Shown piece after piece: positions 23,536 to 36,938 of a DNA stretch of 64,000 nt. The position numbers and the translations under genes are program-made. Where the stretch lies: positions 366,110,001-366,174,000 of the forward strand of contig OZ024741.1 of assembly GCA_964016885.1 (NCBI GenBank), written 5' to 3'. This DNA is from Eledone cirrhosa. Lineage: Eukaryota. Each line of letters begins with the position of its first letter. The first letter of the stretch is position 1. The notes under the pieces are model-generated. The model worked only from the letters and a program-made list of their open reading frames with translations, did no database searches and was not told the DNA's origin.

Positions 23536-24857
23536 TAGTTTAGCGAGGTTTTTTATATGAAATCGTGTGTCGAAACAGATATTGTTATACTTGGGGAGGG
23601 TCATATTTGCGTAATATTGCCAGAATTAATAACAGAACACACTCACTGTTTGGTTGGTTTTCGCTTCTCGCTGTCTTTTATATCTGCGATCTAACTTACT
23701 GCGATCTAACTTACTCGGTCCTCAATGTTGCCAGTGGGTTTTCTTAAAAGGGTAGGTTTTGCTGATCAGGGATTTTATGGTGGTTCCTGGCTTTTCTACC
23801 ACCTTTATTTTTTCTACCACCTTTTCTACCACCTTTATTTTTAAAAATAAAGGTGGTAGAAAAGCCAGGAACCACCATAAAATCCCCGATCAGCAAAACC
23901 TACCCTTTTAAGAAAACCCACTGTACCAATAGGAAATGTATCATATGTAAGGTGAACCCCCGGATAAACTGTAAAACTAGAAACGTAGTCTATAGCATAA
24001 GATGTACAGAGGGTACTTGCAGAAACATGACAACAACATACATAGGTGAGACAGCTCGTAGCATAGGTGAAAGGATAGACCAACACTGGGGGGAACTAAA
24101 AGGACGAAAAAACGGGTCAGTACTATATGAACATGCTAGTCAACAACATGACGGTAACATAGACAACATAGAAATTAGAATAATATCTAAACATAGGAAT
24201 CACCCAGCAGATAGGCAAATCAGAGAGGCCAGAGAAATAGAAATTAGAAGACCAAAGCTAAACAGAAAGAATGAGTGGAACAACAACAACACCCAAACAA
24301 ACAACACTGACCTAACAGAAGTATAAATAAGTAAATAAAGTAAAATAAAATAAGATAAATAAATACATACACAAGCACAATAACAACAAGCACATAAACA
24401 CACACTAGTCACCCAGCAGACACAACACTATACACACTAATCACACAGCACACATAACACTATACACACACGCAAACGCATGTGCAAAGAAGACAAAATA
24501 AAATAAGATAAACAAACAAGCAAATAAATAAATAAATATATAGACAGACTGAATAAAAAATGGCGTAGACATACAACACAACAGGAGGAACAAAGAATAT
24601 AACACCACTGACGATGTTGCAGATGTGCAACGAAAGATTTATGTAAATTATGTAAACTATATATATGTGTTTGTGTCTATATTGTATCTGTATTATTTTT
24701 GACCGTCGGTCAGTCAATGGCAACATTGAGGACCGAGTAAGTTAGATCGCAGATATAAAAGACAGCGAGAAGCGAAAACCAACCAAACAGTGAGTGTGTT
24801 CTGTTATTAATTCTGGCAATATTACGCAAATATGACCCTCCCCAAGTATAACAATAT
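23536..24857 (+). mobile_element. PLE family 4, 5'-truncated: GIY-YIG plus pLTR, with inverted pLTR and a fold-back at the 5' junction
   Basis: ORF 23853-24326 has CTNRKCIIC...C, VVY...YIGETARS..ER..H. About 23579-23735 is the reverse complement of about 24716-24857. 23736-23842 mirrors 23843-23925. Confidence 0.9.
24601..24645 (+). ncRNA. Hammerhead-like motif in family 4 pLTR (stems I and III degenerate)
   Basis: CTGACGA-t-gttgca/gatg/tgcaac-GAAA; homologous position to 44651-44693. Confidence 0.55.
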
Positions 24858-24895
24858 ATGTATATTTACATATATATTTATTATTATTATTACTA

Positions 24896-25222
24896 TTGGC
24901 AGTATCGGTAGAGGGTCGGACGCCATGCTTTGACGCATAGAGTTACGGCCCTTGCCATTCTGAATTCAAATCCCGCCGAGGTTAACTTTGCCTTTCATCC
25001 TTACGGGGTCGATAAAATAAAGTACCAGTAATACACTGGATAATTGCTGGCCTTGTGCCTAACATAGAAACAATTATTACTATATATATATATATATAGT
25101 AATAATTGTTTCTATATTTTGGCAGAAGGCCAGCAATCCACCAGTGTATTACTGGTACTTTATTTTATCGACCCCATAAGGATGAAAGGCAAAGTTAACC
25201 TCGGCGGGATTTGAACTCAGAA
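24896..25222. mobile_element. Two SINE family A copies, tail to tail (24896-25077 plus, 25101-25222 minus)
   Basis: Family A sequence in opposite orientations around a short (TA)n. Confidence 0.85.
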
Positions 25223-25399
25223 TCCCTATATATATATAGTAATAATAATAATACATTTGAAGACTAAAATCCAAAGAGTTTCAGAAGATCCCGTTAAGAG
25301 TGAAAGCAGCGATTCTTTGCTTACACTTTAATATGTTGTTTTAATAAATAAATATATATATTATATATATATATAATCCTTGAAAGGTTTATTGTATAT

Positions 25400-25475
<76 letters not shown>

Positions 25476-25594
25476 TATATGTATCGCAGGGTGTCCCCAA
25501 AAGTCTATACACTACACAGTTCAACAGTATTCTAATCAGAGTGTGTATACGTTTTGGGGGTCACCCAGTATATACATATATATATATATACGTA

Positions 25595-25652
<58 letters not shown>

Positions 25653-25713
25653 TACATATATATATATATAAATATATATACATATATACATATATATATA
25701 TATATAAATATAT

Positions 25714-26132
<419 letters not shown>

Positions 26133-26150
26133 ATATATATATATATATAT

Positions 26151-26220
<70 letters not shown>

Positions 26221-26224
26221 ATAT

Positions 26225-26901
26225 ATGAGAATGAGTGAGAATGAATGAGACTAAAACAAAATATCTGGTAGAGAATGTTGAGAAGCCAGAGGGGATCACT
26301 AATGTAGGCGGGAAGCCGCTAGAATTGGTTGAGGACTTCCTGTATTTGGGAGCAAAGATTGGGAATACGGAAGATGATGTGGTTGAGAGGAAGAGCAAGG
26401 CCTGGGCGGCGTGTCACATCTTGAGATCGGTGTGGAAGTCGGACCTTCGTAGAGGACCTGAAAATCCGCCTCTTCATTGCTGTAGTGGAGTCTGTGCTGC
26501 TGTGTGGGTCTGAGACTTGGACACTGACCAAGGGACTCACTCAGATGGTGGATGGGTGCTACACGAGAATGCTGAGGATGGCTCTGAACATTAATCAGTA
26601 TACACTGAGGATGAAAAACTCAGAGCTGTATGGGAGCATCCCAAAAGTCAGCTCAAAAGTGACACAGAGAAGACTGAGGTTGGCTGGACATGCTCACCGA
26701 CATCCAGAGTTGACATTGCACTCAGTGCTCCTTTGGGAGCCCCTACATGGACACACTAGAAGAGGAAGACAAGGTTAACATATGTTGATGCCCTAAGGAC
26801 AGACACTGGTCTGTTGGAGATGCAGGATATGGCAGCGATAATGAGGGACAGAGACCGCTGGAGAGAACTCGTCCATGGATCTCGGGAATTTTACCCGCCT
26901 T

Positions 26902-26903
<2 letters not shown>
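26225..26903 (+). mobile_element. RTE-like LINE 3' fragment in (TA)n
   Basis: MNETKTKY...[11 protein letters not shown]; ESVLLCGSETWTLTK...CYTRMLRMALN...RRLRLAGHAHRHPE...LLWEP; frameshifted. Confidence 0.85.
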
Positions 26904-26974
<71 letters not shown>

Positions 26975-27310
26975 TGGAATAGAATGAAACGAAATTTCGT
27001 TTCTCACTCTTAGTACGGCACTTACTTAAATGTAAGTATGTATGTATATGTAAGTATATATATATATAAATATACAGATATATATATATAAATATACAGA
27101 TATATATATATATGTAGGTTTGTTGGTTCACCACTGGATAGAACTGGTCATTCCGTATGGTCAATCCTGGTGTAATATTATGAAGAGTACTCAACGCAGT
27201 GCATTTCACTCATCTTCGTTTGTGTAGTTGGTGGTGCGAATACGGAGTTAATTATAAATAAAATAAAATAACAGGAGACTGGAGTGGTGTAAATCCTTGA
27301 AAGGTTTATT

Positions 27311-27368
27311 ATACTATGATCATTTCAATGACCGGGTTCCATATGAATCCGGTGATATCATCAGGTAT
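27311..27368 (-). ncRNA. Type I hammerhead (inverted copy)
   Basis: Reverse complement of 28064-28121. Confidence 0.8.
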
Positions 27369-28063
27369 TGGAATATAACAAAGGAATATGAAAAAAACCA
27401 TGGGTCCAAAAAATCAGAGACAGAGACAAAGGTAGCTACGTTCCAAGAGTACTCGGAAAAATTAATTTCCATTTCTTTCGCTGGGCGATACCACTCGAGA
27501 CTAGCGGACTCATGGTAGGTGGGGGGTGGGGGAGTGCTGGCTGGGACTCGCAATCGAAGTCTTTCCTCTATATCCCATCCTAATATCTTATCGAGATAAA
27601 TTTTTTCATATAAGACTCTCTCCGTAAGTTCATTAAATAAATCTTTCTAATAACTTATTTTTCAATTTATCATTTTGCAATTTAATATTTTTAATTTAAT
27701 TTTATTTCATCCTATAACTCGCAACATAAGTTTAACGTTCCAATCTTCGGTTCACACATTAGACCATACAGACACCCATTATAGATTCTTTGGAGTACAT
27801 TTTTTCGCGGCATTTTCTAGCATGAATGTAGTGTGACCCTTACGCTGACTTCTTTCTCCCTTTCTTTCTTCCCCTTTTTCTTTGACGGAGAGGTGGTAGT
27901 GCATTATAAGCCTTCGCCCCCTCACCAGATATTCATTAGTAGATTCAGTTGCTTTGAGGACGACTGGCCGAGATAAAGGCAGCTAGTTGGACAGCCGTCC
28001 TTTGTCTCTGTCTCTGATTTTTCGGACCCATATTTTTTTTACATATTCCTTTGTTATATTCCA

Positions 28064-28121
28064 ATACCTGATGATATCACCGGATTCATATGGAACCCGG
28101 TCATTGAAATGATCATAGTAT
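28064..28121 (+). ncRNA. Type I hammerhead
   Basis: atac-CTGATGA-tatcaccggattc/atatg/gaacccggtcatt-GAAA-tgatca-TA-gtat; palindromic stem III ATGATCAT. Confidence 0.8.
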
Positions 28122-29969
28122 AATAAACCTTTCAAGGATTTACACCAGTCCAGTCTCCTGTTATTTTATTTTATTTATAATTAACTCCGTATTCGCACCA
28201 CCAACTACACAAACGAAGATGGGTGAACTGCACTGCGTTGAGTACTCTTCACAATATTACACCAGGATTGACCATACGGAATGACCAGTTCTACAGAAAT
28301 AGTGCTCCAATAATGTTGAGCACTTCAAAATGTAATATTGAACAGCGGCACTGACTTCAGTGTACAGCTATTGCCAGCATGGGATTAACTGATCTACTTA
28401 TCATTCGGATTTTAGCTGCTCTGTGCTTTATCTACCACCACCTGATACTACTTCCTTGTCGGGATGATTCCGATTCCCACAAAACTCTACGTATTATACT
28501 AAAACATGTATTGTATTGACTGAATTCTCTACTCTATACGTCAGGACTTTTTGTGACTCACACTGAATTCGGAGACCCGAACTTTACACTAGGTACAACC
28601 TGTTACCATTCCATCTCCTCCATCCTCGATATCTATATATACAACCTGTATTATCTTACTACAACTTGTTCTATATTGTATTTCCCCTACACTGTGATCC
28701 CTCCGATACGTTCTTATATACTTCCGTCTTTCTACATCCCTAGTTATTTACATTTATTAATTTTTTTAATATTTCATTAATGTATATTTTTTTTTCTTTT
28801 TATTATTTTATTAATATACTTTTATCAATGTATTCTATCTTTATATTTGTATTTTATCCTTTATATCCTGCTTTTATTAATTTTTTGTAACTTTTCTTAC
28901 TCAGGTCATTATGCACCTTCCATAGCCCCCTACCCACCTAAGAAGCACACTTCTTATAACCCGTACTAACTGGGACTTTAAAATAATTTTGGTCTATTTG
29001 CACTTTTCATTGGGTTGCTACCTTCGACTTGTGTGGTGGCTTTGCCCGGCTCCGCGCTGGGCACTCGGGAAGTTCAGCCTTCCTTGAGTGCTCGGAAAAA
29101 TAAATTTCTCCTCTTTCGGTAAACGAAATTACTCGGAGCGGCTTGCTTTGCCCCGGCCCAACCGCGCCGCCTGTTTTGGCCGCCATATTATACTTATACC
29201 TATAAACTCCAGGTTTAGGCATAACTATTAGCTGTATCATGCCTCTACTGGCACGTAAATAAACCCTCATGTGTGATTTAGTAATATTCGTTTGGTATAG
29301 ACGATGGCCTGTCGTAATTGTGGAGTACCCGCTGGCGCTCCCGGGGCCTAAGCTAGCTACGTTCCTAGAGTACTCGGAAAAATTAATTTCCATTTCTTTC
29401 GCTGGACGATACCACTCGAGACTGGCTGACTCATGGGGGGGGGGGGGGGTGATGGCCGGGACTCGCAATCGAAATCTTTACTCTATATCCCATCCTAATA
29501 TCTTATCGAGATAAATTTTTTCATATCTCCGTAAGTTCATTAAATAAATCTTTCTAATAACTTATTTTTCAATTTATCATTTTGCAATTTAATATTTTTA
29601 ATTTAATTTTATTTCATCCTATAACTCGCAACATAAGTTTAACGTTCCAATCTTCGGTTCACACATTAGACCATACAGACACCCATTATAGATTCTTTGG
29701 AGTAGCATTTTTTCGCGGCATTTTCTAGCATGAATGTAGTGTGACCTTTACGCTGACTTCTTTCTCCCTTTCTTTCTTTCTTCCCCTTTTTCTTTGACGG
29801 AGAGGTGGTAGTGCATTATAAGCCTTCGCCCCTCACCAGATGTTCATTAGTAGATTCAGTTGCCATCACTTTGAGGGCGACTGGCCGAGAGAAAGGCAGC
29901 TAGTTGATTTGTCTCTGTCTCTGATTTTTCGGACCCATGGTTTTTTACATATTCCTTTGTTATATTCCA

Positions 29970-30027
29970 ATACCTGATGGTATCACCGGATTCATATGGA
30001 ACCCGGTCATTGAAATGATCATAGTAT
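29970..30027 (+). ncRNA. Hammerhead copy with A9G core change
   Basis: Same as 28064-28121 except the core reads CTGATGG. Confidence 0.65.
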
Positions 30028-31497
30028 AATAAACCTTTCAACGATTTACACCAGTCCAGCCTCCTGTTATTTTATTTTATTTATATATATATATATATAT
30101 ATAATACATATATATAGAAAGAGAGGGAGAGAAAGAAAGTGAGAGGGAGAAGGAAAGAGAAAGAAAGAGAGGGGCAGAGAGAGATTCACATATACATATA
30201 CATTTTTTTTTTTCATTTATGTTTTTAAAGTCATATAGACACACATAACTGTATATAAACACGTACCCACAAAAATAAAACGAAAATCAAAGTAAAATAC
30301 ACAGTATCACACCGTAGCAAAATACTACACCGAATGAATATTCTGGCAAGCAAGATGTTTGACAATAAAACAAAATCGCCGCCTTTGTTGTATTGTTGTT
30401 GCTGTTCCATTTCAGCGTAAAAATGGCTGCATTAATTCTAAATTGGAGAACTAATAAAATTATGCAAATCTAATTTAGAATGAAAAACAAACGAGGAAGA
30501 AAAAATAAATAAAACAAAAAGATGTTATTTTGTATGTATAGTGGCCTCGATCTAAATCTATTTCTTATGCAGATATAGTCAGAAAAGGCTAATCAAGCAG
30601 AACACAGACGAGGCCGTTTATAGACCTTTTTAATTAATCTGAACACGTAAACAAATGACGTTCTCGTTAACATTTAAGCTTTAATACTTAGACCTATAAA
30701 TGTCTCTCTTGGTGAGTATTCTAACACCATATTGATACGAGCTTTTGTCTGCTAACTTTTCAAAGTCAGTAGTTTAAACAGTTGAAATTGTTCAAAGAAT
30801 AGTTGTACGTCCTCGGAAATGTGTTGGAAGACGACAAGTGTTTCAGTTGTTCAAATAAGAGAACAGCCTGCTTCCCAAAGTAACTTGTTAGTGGCTGAGC
30901 ATTCTACTGACACGTGAAACATTAACGTAGTTCTTAGGGGGGTGTAGTATGACTGTGTATTACAATACTGGCTCTTTACTTACCACTCCTGTTTTCTATC
31001 TGCAAGGGTTGGAGCAACGTAAAAGAAAGTGTCTTGCCCAAGAACACAGCGCGCCAATAAGAAGCGAACTCTTGAGGTTATGAACTCACACACACCACTA
31101 AGCCATGCACCGTTACAAAAGCTTGTACCTTCTTGTAAATACACACGAGAAAAAGTGCCAGCTTGTAGTATGAGAATCAGTAGTATTGAATAGTATTTTT
31201 CTTCTTGACTTCTTGATTCAGGAGTGTATCTCTATTTTATTTTCGACTAGTTAGGCTTACATAAGCGACTGGGATTACGTTTTGTATTTAATCGTGTTCG
31301 ATTGAAAGATCAGACAAGTTCGGATTTTTTGACAAGATTGATGATTTGGTGACTATATTTTCAAATATGAGATTCCTCACTGTTTTGTAATTCATCCAAA
31401 TCTAATAACAACTCTATATTAAAAGAAATATACGGCCAGATTATAACAAAATGAAATAAGTCACAAGGAATGAATTTATAATTTTAAATATTCAAAA

Positions 31498-31534
<37 letters not shown>

Positions 31535-31670
31535 AATATATATATATACGTACATATGATTCCAGTTCCTCAGTGAAATAACAAACCAACCAGGAACTGG
31601 GCATATCAGAGTATTGACAAAATTATACACCTCAACAACATATGTACTTGTCTATACCACACTAATCCGG

Positions 31671-31725
31671 ACTACCTGAAGAGGTCACAGCCAAAGATGG
31701 CTGTCACCGAAATATATATAGCAGT
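31671..31725 (+). ncRNA. Type I hammerhead in a solo pLTR-like fragment (about 31550-31790)
   Basis: actac-CTGAAGA-ggtcacagcca/aaga/tggctgtcacc-GAAA-tatata-TA-gcagt. Confidence 0.75.
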
Positions 31726-31789
31726 AATAAACGAGGCTAAATTTTTAAACAAACATTTGACTTATTTATTTTACTTTATATTACATACA

Positions 31790-32031
<242 letters not shown>

Positions 32032-32471
32032 TAGTTCATTTAATATGTATTTCGGAAGAATAGATATTGGTATGAATCAAGGTTTAGCTATCGATTTATC
32101 AATCTAATTTCATGGCATTTCCGTTACCCGTGGCCTTCAGAATGATCACATTCCGGCGGATACGACAATGGGTTTTGTACCCGTTTCACAAAGCAATTTA
32201 TTTCCCTTTGTTTCCTTAACATGTAAAGCTCTCTATGAAATGAATTGAATAACTATTATCCGGGTATATAACTATAAAAATGTGTGTGTGCATGACATTT
32301 GAGTGCATGCGTCCGTGTGTGCGAGTAAGTGATGTGCTTAATCATGTGATACGAATGTTTGTTTATACACTTTGAGATTCGATGTAATCTTGGTTTCAAT
32401 TGTTTGTTCTCAGTTGCTTGTAAAAATTGATTATTCAAGAGTGACATGTACGGAATAGCTGCATGCATTTG

Positions 32472-32567
<96 letters not shown>

Positions 32568-32764
32568 TGTGTGTTTGGATGGGGGTGGGGGTGCTTATGA
32601 GTATGTTTCCTCTTAAAGAAAAATAGGGCCACAATCTAAAGAATACGACTCAGTGCAGTTAAATGTTGCGTGATACATTTATTTATTTACAGATGGCAAA
32701 TAAAGATGGTTTCGGTACAGATGAGGCTATAGTACTGGAGCAATGCGTATTTAGTCACCCGAAA

Positions 32765-32797
<33 letters not shown>

Positions 32798-32814
32798 AAC
32801 ATAATATTTTTACA

Positions 32815-32892
<78 letters not shown>

Positions 32893-32946
32893 ATATACGT
32901 ATACATATACATGCATATATATATATATATACATATGTACATATAC

Positions 32947-32979
<33 letters not shown>

Positions 32980-32983
32980 TATG

Positions 32984-33020
<37 letters not shown>

Positions 33021-33026
<6 letters not shown>

Positions 33027-33657
33027 AACAAGGGGAGAAGAATACTGCATGGTTGTACATGGATTACATATTATAAAATTAGTCCCTCATCAGTGATTTT
33101 GCCAACCATTATTGGTATTTCATTGCATTAAAAATCAGATACCTCAGTTTGGTGCGAGCAATAACTAAAATAAGCTATTGGGACAAGTGAAATGCGTAAA
33201 GCGAGTGAGACAAGTAAACAACAGAAGGAAAAGCAAACCGAAGGTTGGGAAAACAGCAAGCCACATGATAGTTATCCGATCAGCATAAACTGGGTGAATT
33301 TCATGAGCGGTCAGAGAAGCAGACCGTACGCCGTGAATGCGGTGTGAGAAAGAAGGAACCCCACTACTAGCGAACGGGAGGAAGTGAGAAGGGGAGAAAC
33401 AGAGAGTGGGTGAGTGGAAGTGCGAGGAAGAGGTCAGTCGAGATAAAGTGTTAACTGACAGAGGGGACGAAAGAAGGTAAGAGAAACAGAGAGAACAGAG
33501 GAGCAGTAAGAGAGAAAGAGAGACACAGATAATCGCAGTTTAGGTAAATATATATGAAAAACAAGGGGAGAAGAATGCTGCATGGTTGCACATGGATTAC
33601 ATATTATAAAATTAGTCCCTCATCAGTGATTTGCCAACCATCATTGGTATTTCATCG

Positions 33658-33661
<4 letters not shown>
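33021..33661 (-). mobile_element. Small element with approximately 110-bp direct terminal repeats in (TA)n
   Basis: 33021-33130 approximately equals 33554-33661, around a 420-bp purine-rich body. The minus strand has CTGATGAGGGAC but no matching GAAA. Confidence 0.6.
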
Positions 33662-33746
<85 letters not shown>

Positions 33747-34366
33747 TATGGAGTTTCGCTGCGCAAACGCAAGATCGTTAGACTAGGGGCCTGGCTGTGG
33801 AAGAACAAACATGCCATCAGTCCTTCCTCTTATCAATAGAACATATTGAAATAGAAATGTTACATAACAACTGAATTACTTAAAATGCTGTATGGTGAAG
33901 TCGTGGTGTTCGTTGCGTCGTGACTGCATTGCGTAATCATGAAGTACAAAGTTATAAAAGACTATTTATTTAGCTTGAGATAAAAAAGCAATACGTATTA
34001 TTAAACTTATTATTTCTTGTAATTGTTAGAGGAATGCTCATTGGTGGTAAGTTAAATAATACACATAGAGAGAAAAGTAAAAAGCAAAAACCGAAAACAG
34101 CAGTTCAGAGGCCACCAAAGTAATTAGTTTCTCATTCATGGATATGTCACATACGAGAATATACTTATTATTATTACTATTCGAGTTCCTCGATCCAATA
34201 TAAATGAATATCAGAAGCAAAGACATAATACTGGTGGACAATATCAGGCGTTCAGAGTTCTGATTTCTCGCAGTAAATTTAAATTCTAGAATCGGTGTCA
34301 TTAAACTTTTTCGCGTCGTAACGTTGCCTTTTTAATGTTTTCTCTGTGTTAGAGTGTGTCTATTTA

Positions 34367-34554
34367 TAATTGTTTCTACTTTAGGCACAAGGCCAGCAAT
34401 TACCAGTGCATTACTGGTACTTTATTTTATCGACCCCGTAAGGATGAAAGGCAAAGTCAACCTCGGCGGGATTTGAACTCAGATGGTAAAGGGACGTAAC
34501 TACGCTGGAAAGCATGGCGTCCGACCCTCTACCGATACTGCCAATCCACCGCCC
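34367..34554 (-). mobile_element. SINE family A
   Basis: Full-length copy; AGTGTGTCTATTTATAAT duplication on both sides. Confidence 0.9.
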
Positions 34555-34789
34555 TTAGTGTGTCTATTTATAATGATGTTACTTAATGAATTAAAGATAA
34601 TCGTATCACTTATGTGTTGATGAGTTTAAGCGTGTATTGAACTTTTCTCACATTTTCAAACGTTATAGTAGAATACACCATTTAATCACTTACATCTACG
34701 TCCAAACCATGTAGATTTATCAGGTTTTTTGGCAGCTTATTTAAAGAGCCGTAAAACTTTGAACCCCAGTCTGTTACTGTATCTGGTCC

Positions 34790-35348
34790 TTACTCTAGCT
34801 GGCAAGAATGGGACTTTGGCAGGCACTACACAGAGGCATCCTATTTGAGGGCTAGTCCAGCTTTCGATGCCAAAATTAGGTGCTCGCTCTTCCAGAATCT
34901 TCCATAAGTATATCACTGCGCATCTTTTCCGTCTTCACTCACAGGAGTAAAGATTTAGTTCTTTCATTCTTTCCCAGTAACTCATCTCCTTCATTGAGAC
35001 AATCTTCATGATATAGTTCCATAGGATTGCTTCAGCTTCTGCAGTTAGTTTGACATTGTGAGGCAAGCACAGCTAAGAGCAATAGACCAGTCGGTTGAGG
35101 ATAAATGTCGTCCACAGGACTAGCATGGCATCCCGGTCTCTTGTCCTGAAAGAACTCTGAATCCACCTGCCTGTCTTCCACACAATTTGGTTTGCATGAA
35201 ATGGTGCATCGACAATAACCAGATCCTGTATTGGTTTTGACTCGGGGAATGCGGGTTAACTTTGTTGTAGTGGACTTGTTTTCCGCTTTGTTAGAGGATG
35301 GCTTGAAATTCTTTCCGGCATTAAATTGCATATTGTTGTCCTCAGTCC
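34790..35348 (-). mobile_element. Decayed CR1/L2-like LINE RT 3' fragment
   Basis: WTEDNNMQFNAGK...; MKEMSYWERMKELNLYS...AVIYLWKILE; frameshifts. Confidence 0.7.
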
Positions 35349-35501
<153 letters not shown>

Positions 35502-35691
35502 ATATGTGTATACATGTGTATACATGTGTATACATGTATACACATATATATATATCTACATGTAATCTGAGTTTTTCGAATGTTAATAATAACATTCGAT
35601 TCATTTGCAATTATACAAACAAGCCTCAATTTTATAGCCATGTCAGTAGAATGAACAATTCATTCTTGCTCTTATGTTGGCATGCGACAGA

Positions 35692-35737
35692 ACTGCAGAC
35701 AATAATGTTTCTGGGTATCACCCTTCATCAGTACAGC
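35692..35737 (-). ncRNA. Type I hammerhead within a small inverted repeat (35653-35713 / 35761-35823)
   Basis: gctgta-CTGATGA-agggt/gat/accca-GAAA-cattattg-TC-tgcagt; GUC triplet. Confidence 0.7.
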
Positions 35738-36877
35738 TCACTGTTCACCTGCCAAACTGTCAGAAACATTAGTGTCTGCAGTTCTGTTCGCATGCCAACA
35801 TAAGAGCAAGAATGAAGTGTTCACCTGCCAAACTGCCAGAAACATCATAGACAAACGTTATTTTGTAAATGGAAACTTTTTTAAGTCTGTCGGTTGTACC
35901 CGTAATTTAAAAGGCCAGTCATATTAAACACTGCTACACTGAATCTTCCAGAGCCTTACGTTTAATTCTCAGTTTAATTCTCAGTTTAATTCTCAGTTTA
36001 ATGCCTGAGTAATTCTCAGCTACTAAAACCTTAATTAGATGAGCATTGTGCGCCGTTCATCAAACATGTGTACATATCGTGAGAACTGACGTAACTCTAT
36101 TCCATTCTGCGTCAGTAGTTGTATATATCTTGTGTGAAGGGCCGTGGATTAGCAGTATCGGTAGCGCATCGGATAACATTATTTGTGGGATATAGTTACG
36201 TCCCTTAACATACTCTGTGGTTACCTTTGCCTTTCACCCTAACGAGGTCGAAAAGCAAAAGCTCAAAATATGAACTGGGATCGATTTAATCGACCCCCGC
36301 CTCCACCCAATTCGTTATCCTTGTGCCTAAATCAGAAACCATTATATACTTCCTGTGTCCTTTTCTGCATCCTCAATTATAGACAAAGAAATAAAAGCAG
36401 TAATGTATAAATACTGAGATTTTAATCCGCATTTCAATATGCTCACTGGTCGTTTATCTAAAGATTTGAGACATTTAATTCACCTAATGTGACGTCACAA
36501 AGGCATTATTAAATAAATTACGGTTCCCGAGTTATGCGTCAGTAAACAGCGATGATATTGATTATTGTACAAATTTGTTTAAATTTAATTAACATCCTCT
36601 TTGCAGGTTTCGAAGTAATTCAACTGGGGATAATTTTTCAACAGACAGCGTTCAATAGAACAAGATAGATATGTCAAATATTTGATACGAACATAAATTT
36701 CCTGGTGGCTCGGAGACTCAATAATTGTAGAGTTGATATATATGTATACATATATCCGTATGCGTTGACGACTGAGATAAAAGAGTACGCAATATCGAAA
36801 TAGAGTTTTACTATTCATTTTATTAAGGTTAAATAATGAGTCTTGTTACTCTGGAGTTTCGCCTAGTTAATCACATA

Positions 36878-36930
<53 letters not shown>

Positions 36931-36938
<8 letters not shown>

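Larger units (their letters stand above)
27139..30080 (+). mobile_element. Non-coding hammerhead-bearing element: partial tandem of an approximately 1.9-kb unit plus an inverted 5' copy (retrozyme-like or non-autonomous PLE)
   Basis: Direct repeats at about 27432-28175 and 29354-30080. 27139-27430 is the reverse complement of about 28001-28293. Three hammerhead copies and no RT or endonuclease ORF. Confidence 0.8.

Noticed and set aside
32105-32146. Minus-strand CTGAAGG...GAAA motif; similar remnants at 32715-32770, 33750-33790 and 45380-45415
   Set aside because: The cores are mutated and stems I and III do not pair convincingly; at most these are decayed hammerheads.
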